Assembly: GCA_030265395.1 (NCBI GenBank)
Contig: JARFYF010000059.1
Location: 20,140,476 to 20,204,475, forward strand
From: Rhina ancylostomus
Taxonomy: Eukaryota
DNA: 64,000 bases
Direction: 5' to 3'
This document shows, piece after piece, positions 27,365 to 39,620 of this stretch. Position 1 is the stretch's first letter. Each line of letters starts with the position of its first letter. The notes under the pieces were generated by a model. It made no database searches. It had not been told where the DNA came from and saw only the letters and a list, made by a program, of their open reading frames with translations. The translations under genes were made by a program, and so were the position numbers.

Positions 27365-27461
27365 GGACAGTGGAGAAATAACCTGTTCAATGGGCAAGGT
27401 TCCATAATTCACTGCAGTGGTGTGGTTTATGATAGAATGTGGATCAATGGACATCCCGTTG
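27365..27461 (+). other. MORN1: Second, diverged copy of MORN1 exon 7 fused without an intron to exon 8 (cDNA-like)
   Basis: Aligns ungapped to 25681-25777 with 8 substitutions in 97 bp. Preceded by TGAG (the last 4 nt of exon 6) rather than the genomic tcag, and runs straight into exon 8. Confidence 0.9.
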
Positions 27462-27572
27462 GTGAAGCTACTAAGCTGGTGATTCTTGGTGAGCCAACAC
27501 AAGAACTGGTGCAAGGATCTTCTTTTACCATTGAAGTTCAATTGCAGAATAATGAAGGAGAGGTGATGGAAG
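27462..27572 (+). CDS. MORN1: MORN1 exon 8 equivalent, 111 bp (donor intact, no adjacent acceptor)
   Basis: Encodes (G)EATKLVILGEPTQELVQGSSFTIEVQLQNNEGEVME, similar to recalled human [28 protein letters not shown]. Donor gtaagg, phase 1. Confidence 0.92.
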
Positions 27573-30500
27573 GTAAGGCAACTATTATCAAATTTACCTT
27601 TTAAAAGAAAAATAAATTTCGGAACTTGCAGACTGAGGAAAGTACCATAAAAATTTTTTTTGCAGCTCTAGGAGCTTGGTGAAGGAAGACAAGGCTTTGG
27701 AAGGTTTTGGGTTTGATTCCTGGACAATCCTGGTTAGTTAATCCCAATTGGATAACAAATGTGCTGATGCATTTGGGTGCAGTATTGCTGATCATTTGGA
27801 CTCTGTCAGAAAAAGTGCAGATGCTACATGCATAGAGAGGTCAAGCTGTGATGCCCCTTGTCCCTCCTGCCCCCATCTCCAAGTTCAATAGACTGCAGAC
27901 ACTACCTGAAAAATGGCTAATTGAGTGAGGTATCAGGGGGCTTGATAACTCCATGGAGTCAAATCCCAACAGATTGAGCATCCTGGGTAAAGAAGCTGAG
28001 GAAAAGCCAGGGGTAACCGGGAAGGTGGCTTAAGAGGAACTAGATTATTCAGTGGGTTAAAACCTGAAGGTCTACGATTTAAATCATAGTCAAGGAAATA
28101 AAAGCCATTTTCCTGGGTGTAAGTATCCTATGTTCAACTTGTTTGGTTGGTATAAACCCTATCAGGTCAGAATAAAGTGCAGGACAGGAGCAGGGAAATC
28201 TGTGGTTTGGAAAGGATGGTATTTTTGAGCACAGTTAATAATGGGCCTAAGAAACAGTGTTTATTATTATTTAGTAAACTGGAACCAAAGGTGTAACTAT
28301 TTTATTTTTCTCTTAGGCTGTACTCAATCTTTAATAGCATGTGATCAATCTTTAATAGAATGCAGAAACATACTTAAATCATGTAGGAACATTCTTTGGG
28401 AAAAGACTAGTCAAGCTGAGAGCTGTGAATAAAACAGCCGCCTTGTCCCATTATTGGGCTCTGCATAGCTGGATGTCATGCATAGCAGCCTGCAGCAGAT
28501 GACCCAATTTCACATCTTTTAAATGCACAAGGAGTACCTGAATGAGCAAGTCTCCAATTTAATTTATTTCACAGACAGCAAATGTTTGCTAATGGCTAGG
28601 ACCTGTCAGTAGCAACACTGGTTTCCCACTAGCAAAACTGATCCAAACCAAACCCAAACTGACAGGCTGGCTGGCTGGCAACAAAAAGACCAATTTTTGG
28701 GAGGAACAAACTGTCAGACTATGTAACATTTCCTGCAAATGCTTGCTTTCATGAGCTCTGGAAGGACTTGATGCTGATCTGGCTTCATGTTACTGCAGCA
28801 GTACCTTATTTATAATATGCAGAGTGGCGTTCAATTTGGGCACAGTAGTGAACACCACAGATTGGGCAAGTGTGGACAGATAACGTCCATGTTATGTACA
28901 TAGTAAATTAGATAGACAATGCCTTGATGCACAGTTGGTGCCGAGTAAGAAGGCATGGCTCCTTCTCTGTCTCGCATGGAACTGAACCACACAGGCCTGA
29001 GACTTGAACTGGATTGTAATCTAAAGGAAAGAGTGCTTAGGTGTGTCCTTAAATATGTGTCAAAAGAGGCAAGAGCTCAGCAATGGTTCCTGTCTTTCCA
29101 GCTGGCAATCTACGTTGCCATAGGAAGAGGGAGTAAACTGGGGTAGCAAATAAAGAGCACTTTTGTAGCCAAATAGTAGGAGCAAAGAAGAAGATAAGGC
29201 ACAGTGATTTATTTTATCAGTAAACAGATCCCCAAAGTCGAGAGGCTGGAGCTTACATTTTTATACTAGAGCTGCCAACTTGTAAAGACAAGAAACAGAT
29301 ATACTGTCAAGCAGAAAAATACGAATTCAAGGAAAGTTAGACTACCCAAGAAAAGGATGCAGCAAAAGCAGGAATGTGAGACAGTAAAACTAATATAAAT
29401 TTGGCAATAAAAACCAAAATTCAGGAAAAAGGTCAAAAACAATACATTGTAATAGATGAGGCAAAACTCAAAATCTGGGAAAAAAATTTGAAGATAGGGA
29501 GTTAGGCTTAAGAACTTTAAAAAAAATTGCAGTGAGAGCATATGTGGGATTGTCAGAGACAGACTGATATAGACTGGTGCTTGTTCAGCTTTATTATAGA
29601 GATGAGACAATAAACTGGGCCTGCAGAGACAGTGCTTACTATAGACTGGCACTTATCCAGCTTGTTAGGGAAAGAGCTTGCAAATGGAGCCTGCAGAGAC
29701 AGATCTCCCCATGGGCTGATGGTAGTCTGCTTTGTTTATAGATGGAGAAAAAGAAAGTAGGGCCCCCTCAAAATAAGTTAACTGTAATGTTCTTCTCATC
29801 CAATTGTAATAAAGGGAAATATTGCTCTCAATAAATGTGATAGTTTTGCTCACTGTTGATTCAAACCAGAACAAAGAGTTTGTAATAAAGATGTGCTAGG
29901 GAGTGGCATCTCCAAAGATATTTTCTGTGTGCTGAACTGACTTCAGCAATGTGGGTTGAAATGATGAGAGTCTCTCCCTGAGGCATGAAGAGACAGAGTA
30001 AGCAAATTTATATGCTGTTTGATTGACTACAGCTTGCAATCCTAAGCTATTTCTTTAAAATAAGAGGAGCTGATTTTCATTATTTGACTTTGATTCTGTT
30101 GTGAAGTTGCTCTCTAAATGTAATTTACTTTCAATTTTCTTCTCCTATCACCAGAGTCCTCCTTGGATTCAGAGATCCCGCCTGCAATTAATAATTATGC
30201 AAATGAGTATACGTTAGAGAATTGAGTGTTATTAGCCTTTGACCTAGCAGGTGGGATTTGCATCATCTCTAATTCATTTAGAATGACTTAGCCTGAAGAT
30301 AAAAATTGGCCCCAGCAGTCAGGGTAGGAGAAGCATAAATAGGCCTCAGTGACCCAGGAATGATATAGCAGGGAAAGGATTGGTAAGATTTGGGATGGAT
30401 AATGTGTTGGTGTGCAATAATCAGCTGGTGCTCCCTTTCCTGATCTTGGAAATGATGCCATGAGGCTATTTAGACCAGGTCTTGGCTAATCCTGTACAAA

Positions 30501-32307
30501 TATTCTGAGGTAACTTGTAGAACTGACATATAAGGGTAAGTCGGCAGGTGTTGGCACAATGAGTAGTCAAGGGCTGACACTTTTAGAAGTAGGAGGGGAG
30601 AAAATGAAGTGCAAAGAATCAAATTTAACAAATCCTTCTTTGATTTATTTGATGCCTAAGTTAACATGGCTCACTTCCAGGTACTGGGCAACATTCCAGC
30701 TTCAATGATATGCATTAACAGCTTTGAATCAAGTTGGGTAGCTTGGGTGAAACATTTTTGTAGCATTCAGTTGGGTAACCAGGAAAGTTACTCAAAAGTG
30801 CAGTAAAATCTCCCTCCAGTGATCTCCTCTTGCCAAAATATTTGGAAGTGGCTCTAGCTATATTCCCCTCACAGCTATCTTTGGGAAGAAGAGAGACGGC
30901 CAGGTTTTCTTGTATTTCCTTTTGGCAGGCACAAGTCTCTGATGTTATAGCATTCACTGTGGAAGTTATAAAATGCCTAGTTAATCAGCTCATGATCAGG
31001 TGACCAACCCATCTGTTGCCCATATAATAGCAGCAATAACTCGAGACTATTGTTGTGACAACAGATACCTGGAAACACTCTACTGATGGCTTCAAACTGA
31101 AAAATCCCCAAGAATCTTGCAAGTTCGCAGATGTTATATTCCAGCTGTGCATAATAATTTATTGCTTTCTTGTTGCTATGCCAACAAAAATATCTGTAAG
31201 AAAAATACTAGATTTCTTCTTTATTTTCTGGCTAATAAATGTCTCACAGACACATTTTCAGTTCTCATTCTGGTGGCGCTATACAACCTCACTCATTCCC
31301 TACCCACTCCCATCCTCAAAAGTTGGCTGGATACATTGTGGTAACTGAGCCTTCCAGATATGGAAGAGCCACTGTGCATTTGGATCTCTGTACTGAGTTG
31401 GTTGTTCTTAGGTGAGCACAGTGGCAGGATTGTTATATTGGGCTCTGTGGCTCAGGTCTTGGGAAGGTAAATATCAGTCAGACTTCCTACTCATGGCCTC
31501 TGCTAGGAAGCTGATGTGTGTTTTCCTGCTGGATTGTGGAAAAAGGCTCAGCCTTAACCCTCCTCATTTGCCCAACATCCCCACCTATCTTCAGCAACTG
31601 ACTGGCCTGTTAAAATTTCACAATTATTTGTGAAGAATTCACTGACAAGAATTCACAATTACAATTTTTGTATAGGCATAGGTAACTTCATCTAATAATA
31701 TATACTATAGGCTAAATCAGAGGCTAAGTATTCCAGTGATTGTTGGAACAGGTTAGTCAGTAGGTATGGGTGGTGGGGTGGGGGGGTTATATTACAAAGA
31801 GGAGATAAGTGAAATACCATTTTTGTTGCAATATATTAAAAATGTGGCTCTTTGTATGTGATCTGTTTTTGAATACAAAGATTGGCTCTTGGAAGGAGAT
31901 ATTAAATGGCCTTGTAAAGCTCTCTGAGCTTGTAATGTGATTCAGATGTTTGGATGACCTCATAAACCAGGAGCGTCCAAAGTTTTTGTCTTTAGTGCAT
32001 GGAGCCTTGGGGCCCATGTATCAGGTTTAAATCAATGTCCCTATTACTTCACAGATTCCCAGATATTGCTTAGACTACAGAACCTGCTTTTCTCATCTAG
32101 GTTTTATCCAGTAATGAGACAACAAACCTCCATTTTTAGAAAATTCAATCAGATCAATAAGACCAATTAAAGCAGATTTGTCAGAATACCCCACTTCTTC
32201 ATAAGTTGGGAGCTAAGCCCTGCCTGATCTTTATTTGCTCTTACAATGAAGAGGACTGAAAGGGAAGATGGTACTTTTAATGTTGATGAGATATTGTCTC
32301 CTTTTAG

Positions 32308-32431
32308 CTGAAAATGGACGACTGTTGCAAATTTGGGCAGGAGTGAAGCACATTCAACTCTCCTCAAATCTTAGCACCACTTCACTACAGCTCCCAGAGG
32401 ACCTGGAAGAACCACTCGTTGAAACACCATA
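32308..32431 (+). CDS. MORN1: MORN1 coding exon (exon 9 equivalent), 124 bp
   Basis: Acceptor tctccttttag, donor gtaagt. Encodes (A)ENGRLLQIWAGVKHIQLSSNLSTTSLQLPEDLEEPLVETP(Y), similar to recalled human ESGRVLQISAGVRYVQL...IQTPF. Phase 1-2. Confidence 0.92.
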
Positions 32432-32584
32432 GTAAGTGTTCTTGGGGTAATGATAGAATTCAAAAGTGCCTCACTCTAACTCTGTTACAGCAGATTTTCC
32501 CTGATTTTTTTTTTCTCCTCTTGTCATGAAAGTACCTATTCTCAATGGGTTACAGTCCAGGTTGCAGCTCTTCAAATGTAAATC

Positions 32585-32962
32585 TAGAAAAGCTGAGGGG
32601 AGACCTGATAGAAGTTCATCAAATTATGAGAGGCATAGATAGGGTAGGCAGTCAGAGTCTTTTTCCTTGGGTGGAATTGTTGAATACTTGAGGGCAGAGC
32701 TTTAAGGTGAGAGGGAGAAAGTTTAAAGGAGTTGTGTAGGGCAAGTGTTTTTTTTACACAGAGAGGGGTGGGTGCCTGGACTGGGCTGCCAGGGGTCGTG
32801 GTGGAAGTAGTTATGATAGGCTTTGAGAGGCTGTTAGACAGATGCATGAACAGGCAGGGAGTGGAGGGATATGTGCAGGCAGAAGAAATTTAGTTTAATT
32901 TGGCATCATTCACAGCATGCACATGGTGGGCCGAAGGGCCTGTGCTGTACTGTTCTCTGTTC
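32585..32962 (+). mobile_element. CR1 3' end
   Basis: Motif LRGDLIEV..IMRGIDRV; 3' UTR ggtgggccgaagggcctgtgctgtactgttct. Confidence 0.9.
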
Positions 32963-33782
32963 CCTTAACCCAGAGTCTTCTAGGGTCCATTAACTTCTGC
33001 CCTGGTGTGTATTAGTTAATACAGAACAGGCAAGTACATTTACCTAATAAGCCATCAGGAGAGCCTGTAATTTGAAGTGCTGCCACTTCTATTTCAATAT
33101 GTAATTGCTTTTTTTTCCTGAATAAAGAAGCCATATAAAATGCCCCCTGTACAAGACAGGTGAGGTTACTCTGTGTGATTTTATTTTAATGAAATCAATC
33201 TTGATCATTGGATGATGAGCTGGCAGTATGTATTGATTGACTGCTAATCCCAACAGTGATGAGGCCCTCATGAATTTGAGTCCCTCATTTAAATTTGACA
33301 GTCAAATAGCAATAGGACATTGGCCGAGATTTATAGACTATGGGATTTCTTGAACTCTGGAACTAATTGAATGGACCCACAGTGCCTTTCTCTACCCCTA
33401 CACCTTTTTTAAATACCTACGACCAAAATTTACTAATCTTGAGCAACAATGAGGAAGGCACTCCGTGGGAATTTCCCCACTGGCTCATTTTAATGGGCTT
33501 TCTGATTAATGGCCAAAAGCTACATTAAATGTGAGCTTCACTTACCTTTGCTCTTGATGGTACTCTCAGTATTAGCTGGATAACCTCAGTGGAAAATTAT
33601 CTGTTGTATGACTGAATAGATGGTTGAGACAGGCAACAGCTTGTTTTTAATTTTCTACACAGCCGCATCCAAACCCAGTATACGAATTGCTGCCATATTA
33701 GTGTGGTGGAATTCATTAAGTAGAGTTCACCTTGGAACTGGTTATGACTAAAACTTCAAATTCTTGTTTTTTGTTTATTCAG

Positions 33783-33958
33783 TGGTTATAGTGCCATCAG
33801 CTATCCACTGGTGGAATATGTGCCAGATTCTGACAGTATTGCATCTGCTGAATCTGAAATTACTCCTGCCAGTTCATGGAATGTTAAAGACAGCGAAGTG
33901 AATGTTTCGGAACTGGATTTCCTTGCAGCAACAGAAAGCACTCACGGCTCATTGGATG
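33783..33958 (+). CDS. MORN1: MORN1 coding exon (exon 10 equivalent), 176 bp
   Basis: Acceptor ttttttgtttattcag, donor gtaaga. Open frame (Y)GYSAISYPLVEYVPDSDSIASAESEITPASSWNVKDSEVNVSELDFLAATESTHGSLD(G); its start resembles recalled human FGFECIPYPV. Phase 2-1. Confidence 0.85.
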
Positions 33959-34556
33959 GTAAGAGCTGAAATTACATTGCTCATTGTACAGTAGGAGCTG
34001 ATAAACATAAACTGCCACAGCAAATACCAGGTCTATGTTGGAGGCCTTTGTTGGGGTGTACCATTGTCTACTCTGAGCTGTGCTGGGGTACTCCACTGGA
34101 CAATGCCAAGACTTGTGGCAGGCACCCACACGCAATGCTAGGACCATGCTGAACCCATACACAGTTGTGCTAAGGCCGATACTGATTATTGTTCTCACAG
34201 AGCCGTAGCAGACCCAAGATGGCTCTGCCAGGGACCCATACTGACTGAGCCTTGGCCCTCCATTATCTTCATCAAATGACACATTGTTCAGGTATGATCC
34301 CAGAGAATGTATGCAGTAATTCAACATTGCCTCTGAGCTATATGCTGTTCTTGGTTAGGGGTCCAGTAAGTATAGCTGGATAGCAGAGAGAGAGAGGGGA
34401 TAACCCACTGTTCAGGCCAACTGTAATATGTCACGTACCATCCTAGCTCAAATTCACCATCACCAGGAATCAAATCTTGCATCTTTGTATTGTGTACAGT
34501 TCTTGAGGGGCTGCATTTACTGCACTCGTCAGTCAGTCAGAATCTGAATAAATATC

Positions 34557-34683
34557 AGAATCAGGTTTATTATCACTGACGTCATGAAATTTGTGTTTCG
34601 TGGCAGCAGTACAGTGCAAACAAAGACACACAAATTACTACAAGTTACAAAAATAAGTAAATAGTACAAAAGAGGAATAACGA
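34557..34683 (-). mobile_element. Rex1/Babar-like LINE 3' UTR fragment
   Basis: agaatcaggtttattatcactgac...cagtacagtgcaaa...gaataacga is shared with 54489-54775, which carries the ORF end. Confidence 0.65.
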
Positions 34684-34686
34684 CGG

Positions 34687-34824
34687 GATGAATGTTAATC
34701 AACTATCAAGACTGAAGTAAAAATATACCAAGCACACTATCAGTAAGCCTAGCAAGGGTTACTCATAATGTGCTTGATATATTTTTTTTACTTCAGTCTT
34801 GATACATGTTGATTAACATTCATC
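34687..34824. repeat. Long inverted repeat (about 65-bp stem, 4-nt loop)
   Basis: gatgaatgttaatcaac-tatcaagactgaagtaaaaa...cagtaagcct pairs with agggttactc...ttttttacttcagtcttgata-cat-gttgattaacattcatc. Confidence 0.9.
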
Positions 34825-37800
34825 TCCCATTCGATGTAAACATAGATCAATGGCACTCTATCCTATTGCAATTTTGGAAATCTTGCTGTGCACAAAATAC
34901 CTGCTGCATTTGCCTAATAGCAAGTCATTACTCCAAATGTTTTGTAAATCACTTCAGGATGATCTGATGTGATACAACACTGAAGGTCTAGAAGTCAAGT
35001 TTCTATCAGGGAGGTAAGTAGTGCTCAAAGTAGTTTCAAATGGTCCTTTTTAGATCTGTTCAAAGTCTCTGATTTAAAATCATTTGATTTGGATGTACCA
35101 GTTACTACTATAAGTTTTAACTTTAGCATTGTGCATGTCTGAGGTACAGGCAATTCACTCATTTTCATGTATCCCACTATGCCGGTATCCAGCAATAAAG
35201 TTGTGAATTTTTCTATACCAGTGGCAGTGAACTCTTCATCTACCTGGCTCAACGTGTGTTGATGCAATGAGTTTCTGGGCATTGCTGCCTAAGGTGAAGA
35301 AAAACAACAGTATCTATCACAGTTTTACCAGAAAAGCCAAGGATTAAAAGGTGCTAACTACTTATTTTTCTCTCCTGGCTGAGTGCAATTGAAAGATCTG
35401 TGATTTGTTTAAAATTTTCTTCATTTTGCTTAAATTCCTCCATAATCCTGTTGCTCCCATTGGCCGTAACCACGTAGAAGTGCTCTGATTTCCCTGCAAA
35501 CCTTCAATTCTGACCTTTTGCACAACTCTGATTTTCATTGTTCCAATGTGATGCCTTGAGATTTCTTGATCCTAAGCTCTAGAATTCCTTCTGTGGATCT
35601 CTCTGTCATGCTGCTTTTCACTGCACCTTTATGATGCCACTTAAAACCTATCCCTTTGACCAAATATTAGGTCTACTGCCCTATATCTCATCTTGTTACC
35701 CAGAGTCAAAAGATAATGGTCCTCTGAGGTAGTTGGAGCTTGTACTACATTAGAACTGTTTGGTTTTTTAAATACAAACCATTTCTAATCAAAGGGACTT
35801 GGTCTTGAATCTGTGGCACCCATTTCTCTGCTTTGCAATTTGGTTGCAAGAACACAATATTTTGCTCATGCATTAAATGGTTAAAAATTCTTTGGATAAT
35901 ACCTGTCTGTCATTAGCATCTGATTTAAACATGCCAAACTAAATATGGACAGATATATTATGTGTCTACCATAACTTCTGGTGGGTAATCCTGTGAGGAG
36001 GGAGTACATGCCATGCATCCAGCACGGTGGATGCATCGTCCCATCCACCCCCAACAACCTACTGCTACCTGAAATTGGATGGTAGCAAAATGGAATTCTA
36101 GCCTGTGGCATCCTATAGAGGTCCACAATGCCCTACGCATCCATGACTTCAACCACTTACCCTCCCCATCGCATGTTTATTTTAAATTACTATCTGGTGG
36201 TCTCAGGAGACACATTGAGCTTACTCCCAGATGATTGTTAATTACTTAGCTCTCAAAAACCCTTTGAGCAACTTGATCTTGCATCTCAATAAGAAAAATT
36301 TTAAAATGTGTAACAAGGTGGTTTATTGCTGATTGTGGCTACAATGCTGGCTTTAATCCAATGCTGCTGACATACACACTTGCATCTGAAATGAACCCAT
36401 GAACCTGGTTTTCTCTGTTGATAGAACAACAGCATTTAGTCTACACATCTACATAACCATTAGAACTAAATGCAACTTCAAAAAATTTGCCCTGCTGGTT
36501 TCAATTTCATGACCGGAGTGAAAGTGACTGTTGGAGGGGAAGCCTCCAACTTTCTGACCAGATGGTGCAAATACAGTTGGGAGAACAAATCAGCCATAAC
36601 CTGGTTCAGTGAATGAATAGGCTTCAGTAGCTGACTGGTTCTGTTCCTAAGTTCCTGTCTTTCATGATCCACTTGTATATATCTCATGAAGATTTGTGAA
36701 CTGTGAAGCTCATTTTTTTGAACAGGTAGAATGCTGTGCTACCCTGAGAGCTATGTGTGGCTGAAATGTGTGTTGCAATTGTGTATGTTTGCATCATCTA
36801 GGATTACTTGGGGTCTCTGAGTCTGGCCTGCTCCTGGAGATTTGGTGGGTAGGGAGGCTGAGATAATATGTATTTGGCTTGCATCTGAAGTTCACTTTGT
36901 TTCAACATTATGACACCATGACTTACCCTGTGCCCACATAAAAGGGCACCAGAGCCACATATAAAATAGAAAGAATTTGCAAATGCATAAGACCTTTCAT
37001 GTCATCAGGATGAAAGTGCCTTTGAACTGTGGTTAGTCACTGTTGTATTATAGGAACATTTCTTATGGTCTGAAATATTTTGCTGAAGATTTTCACACAA
37101 TGTTCCCCAAAGTAGTATTATTTAATTCTATAGAACTTTTATGAACTGACTAATTAACAGTTACCATTTGAGCTGCCATAATGGTGCTATAATAGCTTAC
37201 CTGATTCTGCCCTACCTTTGCTCCCTCTGGGCTACTCCACAACAGCCCCAGTCCTCTGTTGTGAGAACCTAGAGGATTTTTAATAGGAAACTGGATGTGA
37301 AACGTGGCTCTAAACATGTCCCAGCATATGCCAGAGTGTGGGGATGTTTAGCATCACAGCGGTGAGTGAGAAAAATAATTGGTAATTAGCCCTGTTGAAG
37401 GCTGGAGTCATTTTTTTTTTTACCACACCAGCCTTTAAAACAAACAAAGCCAGAGTGTAATTAAATAAAAAAATTTGCGAACACATCTTGTTCCATTTTC
37501 CCTCGGCGAGAAACATACAATCAGCAACTGCACATGCACAGCCACACTTTATTTTTCCACACTTGTTTGTGCTGTGTCAGCTTTATGGGACCTTTGCCAT
37601 GCACACAGGTGAAGCAGCAGCTTGTTACCTTCTCAGCAACAAACAAGCACCATAACTTGAAGTGTGACCAGTAACTCTGAGCTCCATTCGTACTTTCTCC
37701 AGCCCAATTCCAAAAAATGTTCTGAGGGTTGTAGTAAGATCTGAGGAAGGTAGAGGGCAGTACACACACAGAGCAGGCTGTGCCACTACAACAGTGAAAG

Positions 37801-38897
37801 TGATGGAGCCTATTTTTATCCAAGGTGATTCAGAGACAGCGCAAGGTGGTGTGGGGCTGGGTGGGTGGTATGAGATGTGACAGTGTTCCAGCACCAGTTT
37901 TGTGCTCTTTGCCTGAGAACGTATAATTTTCATCGTCAATATGTACAGTTCTTGACCTTTGTCAGGAATCACAAATGGGTTTAGTAAAAGGCAGTGGAAG
38001 GAGCAGTATTTACCTTTTGACTCTGATGTTGACTTGCCCGACCTCCTGGCACTTGATGTACCTTCGTGACACTCATTGTCACGAGAAGTCAGGATGACGG
38101 CAAGGAGATAGTGACGTTCCCTGTTTTGGTTCTGTGAGGATTGTGCAGTGTGTGTTTCTGGCCCTTGAATACCCTCCACTCATACAAGTCATTTCGTGTC
38201 TTTCTGTCTCTGTAACCTGTTCCAGCCTGACAACAATTTGGGATCTCTGAACTTCAATTTTCTTCCAATGGACATCTGTTTTTTATCACTCACCAGTGGT
38301 ATTTATACCTTCAGCTGCCTGAGCTGACACTTTAAGGATTTTTTGAGATATTCTGAGATTGCCCAAAGCACTACAAATAATAACCTTTCTAAGATAAGTC
38401 AGGAATTTGTTGACCTCTCCTCCTTTAAGACACTTCTTAAAACCTAGCACTTTGACCAAATGTTATGTCACCTATTGTTATATCTTCTGATGGATGTGGT
38501 ATTAAATTTTATCTGATAATGATCCTGTGAATGCCTGAGGATGTTTTGTTGCTAAAGGTGCCATATAATACAATTTTATTGATAAGATTTTTTAAAATTT
38601 CCCCACCCCCATCATTGTGCAAGTTCGATGACTACAGACACTGGCAATCCACTTGTGATCACAGATTAACATTGGCAGAATATATGACAGTAGAAGGCAC
38701 TACGGTCATGCGTAGCTGTATCTCCCCCACCTTCCTTTACACCTCTGTGCAGACTTTAGCAGTGGTAACTATACTGTGGGGGATTGCATGGGGGAGGGAA
38801 TGCCTCACGTCCAAATGTTGACACACTCCTCTTCCCTCCCCCTTCCTATCCCACTCTGTATTTTAACATCCTATAAATACTGTCTGTTACCCAAAAA

Positions 38898-39620
38898 GTC
38901 ATAGAGGCATACAGCAGGAAAATGGGCCCTGACCCAACCTGTCCATGCCAAACAAGGTGTCTTCCTTAGCTGGTACCTTTTGCCTGCATTTGGCCCATAT
39001 CCCTTTAAATATTTCCTATTCATGTATGGTACCTGTCCAAATGGCTTTTAAACATTGTAATTGTTCCCGCCTCTATCACTTCCTCCGGCAGCTTCTTCCA
39101 TATACCCACCACCCTCTGTGTGTGGGACAAAACTTGCCCCTCATGTTCCCCTTAAATCTTTCCCCTCTCACCTTAAACCTATGCCTTCTAGTTTTATACT
39201 CCTCTACCCTGGGAAAAAGACTGTGACAATCCATCTNNNNNNNNNNNNNNNNNNNNNNNNNNNNNNNNNNNNNNNNNNNNNNNNNNNNNNNNNNNNNNNN
39301 NNNNNNNNNNNNNNNNNNNNNNNNNNNNNNNNNNNNNNNNNNNNNNNNNNNNNNNNNNNNNNNNNATCCTCTCTAGTTTAATCACATCCTCCCTATAGTA
39401 GGGTGACCAGAACTGCTTACAATACTCCAGGTGCAGTCTTGTGCAGCTGTAACATAATATTCTAACTGAAACCTGGTGAAGGCAAGTGTGCCATTTGCTG
39501 CCTTCACCACCTTGCGTACCTGTGTCACCACTTGCAAGGAACTATTAATTGTATCCCTAGGTTTTCCTGTTTTGCAACACTCCCCAGTGCCCTCACATTC
39601 ACTGTGTATATCCTGCAGAG
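38898..39620 (-). mobile_element. CR1 3' portion, spanning a gap
   Basis: ccccttaaatctttcccctctcaccttaaacctatgc and gaccagaactg...caatactccaggtg are reverse complements of CR1 ORF2 3' motifs. Confidence 0.85.

Noticed and set aside
26996-27604. 202-aa ORF as an independent gene
   Set aside because: It is a composite of intron, Ns, antisense CR1 and MORN1 exon sequence; its frame across the gap is arbitrary.
37625-38179. 184-aa minus-strand ORF
   Set aside because: No recognisable domain or splice context; consistent with a chance intronic ORF.
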